Shown: positions 29,901 to 40,100 of the stretch, one piece after another
Numbering within the stretch: position 1 is the stretch's first letter
How the letters are laid out: each line of letters starts with the position of its first letter
DNA from: Pseudomonadota bacterium
GTDB taxonomy: Bacteria; Myxococcota; JACRCW01; JAFGSX01
Length of the DNA: 64,000 nt
NCBI GenBank assembly: GCA_043821645.1
Contig: JBDRCO010000001.1
Coordinates: 1 to 64,000 of the forward strand
Direction: 5' to 3'
The notes under the pieces: generated by a model
Database searches by the model: none
What the model saw: only the letters and a program-made list of their open reading frames with translations
What the model was told of the DNA's origin: nothing
Translations under genes and position numbers: made by a program

Positions 29901-30079
29901 TTGTTGGTGAGGCCCAGCGAGGCGTCAAAGGCATCGCGCTCGAAACTCAGGCGCTGCGGGATCACCAGCTTGACCCGCACGCACACGGCCTGCTCGGCGC
30001 GGCTAGTCGTGCTCACGGCCAGACCGGCCAGCAGGATCAGCGCCGGTGTCAGGGCGCGCGCCAGGTGTGTCGTCTTCAT
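26978..30079 (-). CDS. Secreted protein with conserved 'VCxxVK..QxLxxERxAF' domain, OmpL47-like Ig domains, Cys-rich repeats and MYXO-CTERM-like sorting tail
   Basis: GAGGTG RBS, ATG 30079 overlapping the upstream stop; Sec signal ending SRA-EQ; ATDDLSGVATSEY...EGAHLLEFYSVDRKGNTE; about 11 CDDGNxCT-type repeats; tail DGCGCT...AVLVLLVLRRRR. Confidence 0.85.
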   Translation of the reverse strand: MKTTHLARALTPALILLAGLAVSTTSRAEQAVCVRVKLVIPQRLSFERDAFDASLGLTNNLLDAPLEQLAVEVQFFDMLGNRADDLFFLTTASTSNVSGGLAGAGVIAPEQKGQINWLVIPTLGAGGASPAGQQYKVKAVIDYSVQGIAANIETYEEIITVKPQPELVLDYFLPRKVKGDDPWTDTVVEPSVPFDLAVRVANIGYGEARNLRIVSGQPRIVENRWGLLIDFAIIGTFRNDDSIARTMAIPFGTLAPASCGVGSWAMTTSLQGEFVELDVSFEHSEELGGAKTSLVSATRSHWLVHKIQVDRPGKDSISDLLALVDTDGDDVGDTLRIFESQCGEIDALPAAGSSTGAPDLDDPTALVTATVEYGWSHVTAADPALGALPILRVVRLSDGKVLHWRNSWLDEDDASVPNPLLAIADYATAGPRSESWLVTYDMSEFDQVPPQTGLEFLGPYVSGSPLHVSPTTILRLVATDDLSGVATSEYRKDGGDWLPNGPFYFQVEGAHLLEFYSVDRKGNTETVQSVTVVVDGTAPAISVSGLEAGRSYLTTESPVVGWTTSDLDGDPQVTARVVPAGGGTPIPVSNGQALDLSSWALGAYVLELEAVDWLGNRSTRSVPFLVQSEVGGCVNVPEDGPCDDGNPCTTGDSCQAGVCVAGAPNTCDDANVCTNDSCDPGLGCQHSFNTLPCDDGTACTVDDQCNGAGACVGQALTCDDSNLCTDDSCDPAQGCQYVPNAASCDDGNDCTSGDQCAAGSCVGAALVGAGQGCDDANACTDNDQCDGAGACVGQTLSCDDSNVCTTDSCAPATGCDHVPAAGSCDDGNPCTADDTCAAGTCVGTALASGSDCDDGNPCSGPDHCDDQATCQGAIVVCSNSSACDPGSCCGSSAVDCDDSDPCTADLCLATGSSCEHIALPSCLDAGTTDGSGPDTGTVDAAGMDAATLDAAVPDAGQRDGAVADAARTDREIVDVIAVDRGQVQADAGARRDASTVDKPPADGCGCTGHPVRGSAGFGAVLVLLVLRRRRARS

Positions 30080-31152
30080 CGTGCACCTCGCTGTCCGTCG
30101 GCTGTCCCGGTCCCTGCACGCTCCAGGCGTTGCCCGTCCTGCACCCAGGCCCGGACACCGCCGTCGAGGTAGCGCACATTGCGGCCCAGGGTCTCGGCCA
30201 GACGGCGAGCCGCCAGGGCTGCGGCCACGTCGTCGGCGCCGTACACCACCAGGTCCTGCCCCAGCTCCGGCCCTGCGCCGGAGAGTTCCGAGGCGGGCAG
30301 GTTGCGGGCGCCAGGCAGATGACCCGCGGCGTAGGCCACGGGCGCTCGCAGATCGAGCAGGGCCAGGGCCGGCTGGCCCCGAGCCAGGGCCAGGGCCAGG
30401 GCATCGGCGTGGATCAATCCCACGCCGCCCTCGCTGCTGCCGCTGCGCACCCAGGGCAAACCGTGCTGCTTCCACAGCGCGAAGCCTCCGCCCAGGATGC
30501 TGATCCGGGCGTAGCCCCGTTCGACCAGCGCGATCGCGGCCTGGGCAGCGGCCCCGGCCTCGCGATCGTCGCTGTACAGCACCACGTCCACGTCGTCGCG
30601 CAACCGCCTGTAGCCCAGTGACGCGGCCGGAGCGGACAGGGCGCCGGTGATGTGGCCCTCGGCAAAAGCCCGGTGTGAGCGCACGTCGACCAGCTGCACG
30701 TTTTCGCCCCTGGCCAGGCGCGCTTGCAGCACCTCGGGTTCGTGCGCGGTCACCTGAGCCGGCAAGGCGGTCGCATCCTGCCGTCGGGAGGCTGCGGCGG
30801 CCTGTACCGCCTCGCTTCCCTGGCGCTCGATCTCCTCGCGGGCGGCGCGCTGCGTGCGCAGGTGCTCCTGGCCGCGTTGCGTGGCCGTCCGAGATAGCGT
30901 GGCGGCCTGGGCCTGGGCCTCGCGAGCGAGGGCAAGGCCTCGCGCCAAGAACTGCGACCTTTCGCTGTCCTGGCTCGCCTGGGCCCGGGTCATGGTTTCC
31001 CGGGCAGCGGCCAGCTGCACCGGAGCGTAGATGGCGGCACCGCTGGCCTCGGCCTGGGCGATGGCGCGCTGCACGGTGAGCTCCGAGGGCTGGCAGGCCC
31101 CCAGCACCAGCAGCGTCACGGCGACAAGCGTCCTGTGCATGAGGGCCCTCAT
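30076..31152 (-). CDS. Lipoprotein with DUF4398-like helical domain and two rhodanese-fold domains lacking the catalytic Cys
   Basis: LGAC lipobox; AEASGAAIYAPVQLAAA; LVDVRS..FAEGHITGA...VVLYSD...LGGGFALW; LLDLRA..YAAGHLPGA...VVYGA...LDGGVRAW. ATGA overlaps at both ends. Confidence 0.85.
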   Translation of the reverse strand: MRALMHRTLVAVTLLVLGACQPSELTVQRAIAQAEASGAAIYAPVQLAAARETMTRAQASQDSERSQFLARGLALAREAQAQAATLSRTATQRGQEHLRTQRAAREEIERQGSEAVQAAAASRRQDATALPAQVTAHEPEVLQARLARGENVQLVDVRSHRAFAEGHITGALSAPAASLGYRRLRDDVDVVLYSDDREAGAAAQAAIALVERGYARISILGGGFALWKQHGLPWVRSGSSEGGVGLIHADALALALARGQPALALLDLRAPVAYAAGHLPGARNLPASELSGAGPELGQDLVVYGADDVAAALAARRLAETLGRNVRYLDGGVRAWVQDGQRLERAGTGTADGQRGAR

Positions 31153-34100
31153 CGCTCGCACGCTCCAGGTGCCGAGCTGCCACCGCCACCACCTCCACCG
31201 CCGCCGCCACCACCGCCACCGCCAAAGCCGCCGCCGCCGCCACCACCTCCACCGCCAGACTGGCTGATGCTGATGACACTGGGCGTGCAGATGGCCGTGA
31301 CGTCGACATAGGTCGAGCACACAGGGCAGCACTGGGCCTCGCCGGCCTCGCAGCCAACCTTGACCTCGAAGCACATGGTGCCGCCGCCAAAGGACGAGGA
31401 CTGCTCGGGAATGTCGGCACTGGCGGAGCCACCGACGGGGAGGCAGGTCTTGTCGAACTTGGTGTAGGCCTTGGTAAAGCTCAGGGCGCCGCCGGTGAAC
31501 TTCTCGAGCACCTGGTTGAGAATCACGTCGGCCGCCTCTTCGCCGAGGCGCTCCACAACGTTGTTGATGTTGTCGGCCAGACCGTCGCCCTCGCAGATGC
31601 CCTGCTCGACCAGGTCTATTGCCTGACCGATGTTACCGGCCGCCTCCTCGGCGCTGCTCTTCAGATCGTCGAGCTTGTCCTTGGCAGCCTTGACGTCGCC
31701 CCAGTCGGCTCCGAAAGCAGCCTGGCCCATGGCGTCGGTGACCTGGTCCCAGGATGGCACACCCAGCTTGCCAAGCAGCTTGTCGAGCTTGCCCACGGCG
31801 GCCTCCTTGAGCTTGTCGACCAGGCCACCCAGGGTGGGCAAGCCTATGCCCGCGGTCATCACTCGGCCGCACTTGCACAGGCCCACGTCGCCGCTCTCGC
31901 GCGAGCGCACGGTGTAGGCTGGTGGCGTCACACCCTCGCCGTTCTCGAAGCCTGGGCAGTTGTAAAAGGTCTGGCGCACCACCGGATTCGGCTCGACGCT
32001 GACCTTGGCCGTGTGACTGCGCACGTCGCCGGTGAACGAGTAGGTGGGACGCCGCTCCCAGGTGCCTGCCGTCGAGCAGTACCACTTCCACTCGAAGTGA
32101 CCGCTGAACAAGAACTCGGTACAGGGCGTTGGAGGCGGTGAGCCGTGGGTCTTGAGGTAGACGGTGAAAGGGATCACCAGGCGGCTGCGAGCCGGGAGCT
32201 CGGGGATGCGGGTGAAGGCAAACTGCACGTCCAGGTAGTGGTCCTGGACGAAGCCTGCCAGCTCGACGTCCCAGGCCGAGACCAGGCCCATGTTGATCAG
32301 CTCGAGCTGCCCGTTCTTGGTCTCGCCAGGCACCATGTCGAAGTTCTGCAGCGCCGGCACGATCTCGATGACAGGCACCGGCACCTGGGTCTCGAAGGTG
32401 GTCTCGATGAGCACGTCGTACTGGTCCTCGACCGAGGTCGGCGTCACCGACCACTCGACGTCGACCACGCTCTCCATCAGCGCGATCTCGAGGTAGGCCG
32501 TCTGGTCCGCCTCGACCAGCAGCAGGCCGCTGTCGGCGTCGGCGCCGTCGACCCCGGCCACCCGGAAGCCGGCCTTCTGCACCCGGTAGCTGTAGCGACC
32601 GCCGGGAATGTCGACGAAGTGCACCAGCCCGTCCGAGGCGCTGATCTGCACGAAGGGCCCGATGAGCGTGGGCAGCTCCTGGTTGATGAGGGTGACCTGG
32701 GTGCCCTCGACCGGCCGCCCAGGATCGACCTCGGCATACAGGAAGTTGGTGATCTTGACGTCGGCACTGCCCACGGCGTTGGTGGTCACCTTGACCGACA
32801 TGTTGAAAGGCACGTCCTGGAAGTTGTGGCTGGTCAGGGTCAGCGCCGCGTTGACCACGCCGCTGGGCTGGTCATCTGGCGGCAGCAGCAGGATGTCGAA
32901 GCTGGTGGCGTCACCTGGCGCCAGGGTGCCAAGGTCCAGCCCGGTGGGCACCAGCACCCAGGGCACGCTGGCAGGGCGCACGATCTGCACGTTCTCCCAG
33001 GCGTCGTAGCCCACGTTGCGCACCTGCACAGTGCGCGTGAGGCTCCCCCCGGCGAGCATGCTCAGGTCGAGGTAGCGCGGCGCGATGAGCGGGGCCGGGC
33101 TGGCCGCGAACAGGTCCACCTCGAGCCGGGACAGGCGGGTCGCGCCCTGGTCGTTGGTCAGATTGAGCTCGAAGCTGGCCTGGTCGGCCGCGATGAGCTC
33201 GGCGCTCACGCGCACGCCCAGGGACACACTCTGGCGCGGAGCCAGCTGCCCGGGCAAGGCCCCCTCGAGCACCGCGGTCACGCCGTCGCCGCTGTCCGCG
33301 TCGGCAATGGCCAGGTTGAGACCCGTGATCGCGGTCTCGCCGGTGTTGCGCAGCACGAAGCCCACCACGTAGCTCGTGTTCTTGCTCAGGCGCAGCGCAA
33401 AGCGCCCCGGGGTCAGCTCGAGGCCGTGCACCACGAAGGTGGCGTCTTCCTCGTCGACCACCACCGCCGGGTGCGTGGCGCCGACGCTGAACTGCCCGGC
33501 CTGGGTGTAGCCCGGGAAGAAGGGATAGGTGTACAGGCCGCTGCTGTCGGTGCGCGCGTAGTACACCTGCTTGAAGCCGCCGTTGCGCAGGCTGATCTTG
33601 ACCACGACGCTGGCCGCGGGGTTGCCGGTGGCGGTCTCGGTGGCCACGCCGCTGATGAGCACCAGCTCGCCCTGGTTGTACTCGGCCTTGTCCGTGGTCG
33701 CGGTGACCAGGTAGGGCGGAGGCACCACGTTGACGCCGGTGCTCTTGACGAAGCCCGGCTGGTGCTGGGCATCGGCCTGGCCCCAGGCGTGGTGGATCTG
33801 CAGTGCCTCGACCTCGAGCAAGATGTTGTCCGGTGTGTCGTTGGGGATGACGAGCTGCGACGGCGCGAAGGTCACCGCGGCGCCCGGCGCCAGGGTCACG
33901 ATACGGGTGCCACCCGGCTGCACCTGGCCGATGAGCTGGTCGTCGACCCAGGCCGACACCAGGACGCTGAGATCGGGGTGGCGGAAGCGCACCTGCAGCT
34001 CGTCCGACGGGTTGCTGCCGCGCTGGCTGACCAGCTGCAGGTTGGCCGAGCCCCGGTTGGTGAGCTTGAGGTGGACCTCGGCCTGGGTGCCGCGCATCAG

Positions 34101-37100
34101 GCTCTCGTGCACAGCCTCGATGGTGGCGCCGGCCGGCGCTCGCGACGACAGCTCGAAGCGGGTGCGGTACACGGCGCTGGCCCAGGCTGTCCCGGGCAGG
34201 GGCAGCACCAGCTCGAGTTGGTTGCCCTCGTCGACCAGCTCGGGGTGGCTGTACACCACCTCGGTGGTCGCGCTGGCGTCCAGGGCCGGCACGGTGATGG
34301 TCTGGGTGCTCTCGCGCCGCCACCACTCGGTGTCCTCGGAGTCGAACAGGCTGAGCTCTGCGGGCCCGAAGTCCTGTTCGGCGAGGTCGTCGTTGGCGAT
34401 CTGCAGCAGCACCTGGTCGAAGGTGCCGCGGGTGAGCTGCGGCGAGCCCAGGGCGTCGGCCTTGCCGTAGTCCGCCAGGGTCACCACGAAGGGATACAGC
34501 ACCAGGCTGCGCGCCAGGCCCTCCTGACCCGCGGCGTCGAGGGTGTGGATGTCCAGCTGCACCCGGTATGGCGCCCGGGCGGGCTCCCCGACGACGGTCT
34601 GCAGACCGGTGCCGGTATAGACCTCGACGCCATCGCGCAGCACCCTGAAGCTCGCCGCGTCCAGCTCCTCGGCCGCGGGCCAGCTCAGGGTCACCTGGCT
34701 GTCCGTGACCTCGGCATGCGCCCAGGCCACGGGCCCTGGCGGAAGGTCGACCACGAAGTTCACGGTGGCGGTGGCTTCGTTGCCCGCGAGGTCGCGGGCG
34801 GTGGCCTGCACGGTCCAGTTGCCGTCGACGGTGATGGGCGTGCCCGCCACGTAGGGCTGGCCGCCCAGGATCATCACCACCTCGAACAGGTGGTCGTCGG
34901 TGGCCACGGCCGTGGGCGCCGGCGGCGAGGTGTAGCGCTGGCCCTCGCTGACGCCGTTGATGCTCACCACGGGCGCCGTCAGGTCGATGGTGAAATCCAC
35001 GGATCGCTGCGAAGTGTGGCCACCAAGGTCCACCGCGTCGACGACGAGGCTGTGGCTGCCCTCGGCGCTGACGACGGTGCCCGAGGTGAAGGCCGCGCCG
35101 TCCAGGGCCGCCGACCAGGTGTCCAGGGTGATGTCGGTGACCGTGATGACGGGGGTCAGGCTGGCGTTGCTGTGCTGGCCGTGGACCACGCCGCTGACCT
35201 CGATGACGGGGCCGTCGCGGTCGAACAGGGTCTGCGCCTCGTTGGACGGAGCGCTCACCAGGCCCACCGCATCCCGCGCCACCACCACGTAGTAGTAGCT
35301 GCCGTCCGAGGGCGGCAGGTCCAGGGTCGAGGTGGTCGCGAGGTCCGTGACCACTGGCGTGTGGCCAGCGACGCTGCCCCCAAAGCTGGCGTCGAGGCGG
35401 AACAGGTCGTAGCTCGCCGCGGCCTCGCCTGCCGGTGCGGTCCAACTCAGCTGCACCTGCGCGCTGATCACCGTCGCCGTCAGACCCGTGGGGGCACCTG
35501 GGGGCGTCTGGTCCGAAAAGGCGCTGGCGCTGGGCGAGGGGCCGCTCCTGTTGCCCGCCGCATCCATGGCCACCACGGCGTAGAACCAGTCCCCCTCGGT
35601 GGGGGGCAGGTCGCTGTGAGTGCGCTGCTGCAGCCCGGTGACGACGGGGGTCAGCCCGACCACGCTGGTGATGGCGGTATCCGAGCGGTACAGGTCGTAG
35701 CCTGCGGCGGGCTCGCTGGTAGGGGCGGGCCAGCCCACATCGATGGCGCCCTGGGTGCCCGCGACCACGGAGATGCTGGCCGGTGCATCCGGTGCCTGGG
35801 TGTCGATGGTCAGCGTGTCGCCCGCGGTGATGGTCGTTCCGGTGTTGCCCGCCGCGTCCGTCATGGACAGCGCGAACAGGCCATCGCCGTCGCCGGTGGT
35901 GCCGGTGACGAGCAGGCTCGCGGTCCAGATCTCGTCGCTGCCGGTCGCGGTGAGGGCGATGGCGGAGCCTCCCAGCGGCGTGAGGTTGAGGTCGGGCGCG
36001 CTGCCTAGGGCCTCGCTGGCGGTGACCATGATCTGCACGTTGCCGGCCTTGACCGGGGTGGCAGGGGCGGTGGCAATGGAGGCCGTGGGGCGCTTGCCGT
36101 CGACGGCCAGACTGGCGCCCGAGCTCAGGGTGGTGCCGACGTTGCCCAGCACGTCCTCGCCACTGAAGGCGAAGGCCGAGCTGCCCGTGGCCATGCCATC
36201 GCTGACCAGGATGCTGCCGGTGTAGATCTTGTCGTCGCCGACGTCCTGGATCAGGGCCAGGCTCTGGGCGCTGCCCTGGGGCGGTGTCCAGGACAGGATG
36301 GGCAGGGCGCCCAGGCTCTCGCTGGCGGTCAGGGTCACCTGCCAGGTGCCTATGCCGCGGGTGCCGCTGCCCTCGACCGAGACGGCGGCGGTGGGCGGTC
36401 CGGCGTCGGCCAGGGCGCTGACCTCCGCCGCTGGCAGGCTCTGCTTGTTGACCACGTCGAGCCAGACCACGGTGTACCAGAAGATGCCGTCGCTGCCCGG
36501 GACGTCCTCGTGGGTGAGCTCGGTGACCGTGGCCACCGGCGTGGCGGTACCGACATCGATGCCGGCGCTGCTCGCGCGAAAAATCTGATAGTCCTGCGGA
36601 CTGCCGCTGGCCGGGGGCGCCCAGGTCAGGACCACGCGACCACCGGTGAGGGAGCTGGCTGCCAGGTTCTGCACCGGACCCGCGGCCGGGCTGGCGGTGG
36701 GGGTGGCGCTGGCCTGCACCGAGTTGCCGCTGAACAGGCCTTCGCTGTCCAGGGCGCGCACCACGTAGAAGTAGGGTTGATCATTGGTCAGGAACAGGTC
36801 CAGGGCGCTCGTGCCCACGATGCCACTGGCCACGTCGGTGTACGGACCGCCGCTCGTGGTCGAGCGCGCGATGGTGTAGCTGGTGACATCGCAGCTGGCG
36901 CTCGTCGCCCAGCTCAAGCTCACGTACTGGTCGTGAGCCGTCGCGGTCAGGCTCGCGGGTGCGGCCGGGTTGCCGGTCAGGTGCGTGCGCACGGCCTCGA
37001 CGTTGCTCGGCAGCCCCAGGTTCCCTGCGAGATCGTAAGGGCTGACCTCGAACAGGTAGTCGGTGCAGGCGGTGAGGCCTGTGACCCGGTGGGCGGCTCC

Positions 37101-40100
37101 TGATACCAGCTCGGGCGCCTGCGGCACGCCGCCGACGGAGCGGTGCACCTCGTAGCCCGTGGTGTCGACGGAGCTGCTGGCGGTCCAGCTCAGGTCCACG
37201 GTGGTCTCGGCAACCGCGTCCACGCTGAGCACCACGGGCGCCGGCGCCGTGGTGTCGGCCCTGAACTGCACGGTCTTGAGGGCGACCTGCGGCGTCCCGT
37301 CGACCACGCTGCTGGCGGTGACGAACTGCGGCGTGGTGGTAGACAGCAGCACCTGGGTGTAGGTGCCGTCGCCCACGTCGAGGACGCTGCCCTGCAAGGT
37401 GCCGCCGGTGACCTGGATGACCACGCTGTGGCCGGCGCCGGCCTTGTTGCCGAAGCCGTCGCGCGGGGTCACGGTGATGGTGCTGCTGGTGAAGCCATTG
37501 GCCTCGATGGACAGGGGCGAGGCGGTGATCTCGGTGCGGCCGGCGTTGACCGCGGCCGGCTGCACGTCGAGCACGACCTGGCCGCGCATGAGGTAGTTCT
37601 CGCCGCTCACCGCGCGCAGGGTCTGCTGTCCGGCCGTGCGCAGGGTCACCGCCTGCACGAAGCTGTGTACCCCGAGATCTGCGCCGGAATAGGTGTACAT
37701 GGGGGGCAAGGTCGCGGTGCCGTCCGACGACGAGAACAGCGCCGTGCCGGCGTAGGTGGTCAGGGTCGCGTCGAAGGGGTCCTGGGCCGTGACCGTGACG
37801 TCGAAGGGCACACCGGCCACGGGCGCGGCGGTGCCCGGCACCAGCGCGAAGTGCGGCAACTCCTCGAGCTTGACCTGCACGTTGTTGGCGTTGACGTAGA
37901 CGTACAGCCCGCCCAGGCCGCCCAGGTCCATGCCCTCGAGGTTGGCGAAGTCGCCGGAGCAACCGGCGCTACAGGTCATGATGGTCCAGGTGTCGCCGAC
38001 GCTGGGTGTGTAGCCGTCGCCCAGGGTCACGGCGAGAGTGCCGGCCACCGTGCTGGCGCCGGTGACCGCCAGGCGATCGTACTGGCTGCCCACGGTCAGG
38101 CCCACCAGCTCCACCTCGAGGCGGCTGGTCGAGGACATGGGCGTGGCGCCGGTGATGGTCAGGGTGCCGGGTGAGGTGCCAGGGCGCACGATGCCACTCT
38201 GGGCGAGGGCCACGGCCGAGCTGTCGATGGTGCCACGGCCAGTGAGCACCCCCCCCGCCAGGTTGGTGAAGCTGCTTCCGCTCAGCGTGGCAGTGGCCGT
38301 GTCCACCTGCAGCGTGCCGCTGTTCCGGTGCACCGCGCCGCTGCGACCGAGCGTGCAGTCCTGCTGGGTCACGATGCGCCCCTGGTTGTCGAGCGCGGCC
38401 ACGACGTTGCGATGTGCGCCGCCTCCCGAGATCTGGAGCGTGCCCGCGTTGACCAGACCGGGGTCGGGCACGGTCAAGGTGACCCCGTACCAGCCGTGGT
38501 TGGTGCCGAGTTGCAGCAGGCCGCCGTTGACGAAACCTGCCGGGGCCGAGATCGCGGCGTGCTGGACGCTGCCGTTTCCGTAGAGGTAGACGCTCTGCGC
38601 AGCGGAGACCGCGCCTTCGAGCGCGCCACTGCCATTGAGCATAAAGGCAGATGGAGCAGGGCTCAGAAGACTGAGGTCCGAGTGGATCAGCCGCGGCATC
38701 CCGCGCAGGTTACTGACGTCCGGCGTGCCGGTGATCTGGCCACCGCGGAGAAGGAAGTGGCCGTTGCTGTAGTCGAAGATGGCTGTTCCTTCGAAATCGA
38801 GGCTGCCCGCCTGCTGCTCGAAGGTCGTGCCCGCGCCGTTGACCGTGAGTGTGATGCCACTGGCGATGGACCAGGTCCCGCTGTTCAGGTAGCTGGCGCC
38901 GGTCTTCGTCGACGTGGTGTTCGAATTCAGGTCGATCAGGCCACTGTTGGTGATGCTGCCGTGCAGACCCGCGTCGTTGTTGACCAGGATCGAGCCGGAG
39001 TTGAGGATGCTGGCGTTGATGTTGCGATGCGCACCGCCGCCGCCGATCACCAGGCTGGCGCGGTTCTCCAGCGCGCCGCCGTTCACGGTCAGCGTGACCC
39101 CGTACCAGCCATGATTGGTCCCCAGTTGCAGCACGCCCTCGTTGACCAGTCCAGCGGGCACGGTCACCGCCGCATGCTGCACGCTGCCGTTGCCGTAGAT
39201 GTACACGGCCTGGTCCAGCGAGATGTCTCCGATGAGCGTCCCGATGCCGTTGAGCACGAAGGCCGCATGGTTGGGGCTCTGGATGGCGAGGTCCGAGTGA
39301 ATCAACCGCGCCATGCCACGCAGATTGGCGACATCGGGCGTCCCCGTGATCGCGCCACCGCTGAACACGAACTGGCCGTTGCTGTAGTTGAAGGTGGCTG
39401 TCCCCTCGAAGTCCAGGCTGCCCGCCTGCTGCTCGAAGGTCGTGTCCGCGCCGTTGACCGCGAGCGTGATGCCACTGGCGATGGACCAGGTTCCGCTGTT
39501 CAGGTAGCTGGCGCCGGTCTTCGTCGACGTGGTGTTCGAATTCAGGTCGATCAGGCCACTGTTGGTGATGCTGCCGTGCAGACCCGTGTCGTTGTTGACC
39601 TGGATCGAGCCGGAGTTGAGGATGCTGGCGTTGATGTTGCGATGCGCACCGCCGCCGCCGATCACCAGGCTGGCGCGGTTTTCCAGCGCTCCGCCGTTCA
39701 CGGTCAGCGTGACCCCGTACCAACCATGATTGGTCCCCAGTTGCAGCATGCCCTCGTTGACCAGTCCGGCGGGCACGGTCACAGCCGCGTGCTGCACGCT
39801 GTCGTTGCCGTAGATATAGAGGGACTGGTTCGCGGAGATATTCCCGGCCAGCGTCGAAGCACCATTGATCACGAAGGCCGCCGCGTTGGGGCTCTGGATC
39901 GTGAGGTCAGAGTGGATCAGCCGCGGCATGCCCCTGAGGTTGGCGGCGTCCGGCGTACCGCTGAGCACACCCCCGCTGAACCGGAAGTGGCCATTGCTGT
40001 AGTCCAGACGTGCCGTGCCTTCGAACTCGAGGCGACCGCCGGCCTGCGAGAATTCGGTACCGCTGCCGTTGATGGTGAGGACCACGCCACTGGCAATGGA

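Noticed and set aside
31180-31256. (CCG/CCA)n tract as a slippage or phase-variation microsatellite or assembly error
   Set aside because: Mixed Gly codons in triplet register; length change would not shift the frame. It is treated as a protein linker.
30080-31432. Apparent N-terminal 450 aa of the 1484-aa ORF 26978-31432
   Set aside because: Arg/Pro-rich off-frame read-through of the rhodanese gene. The real start is ATG 30079, which has an RBS and signal peptide.
32145-36008. Very long antisense or alternate-frame ORFs (e.g. 32145-36008 +, 45679-49422 -, 38328-40757 +, 12547-15120 +, 50716-52929 -, 3340-5337 -)
   Set aside because: These are shadow ORFs expected from high GC3 codon bias opposite genes with clear motifs; their translations have no recognisable domains.
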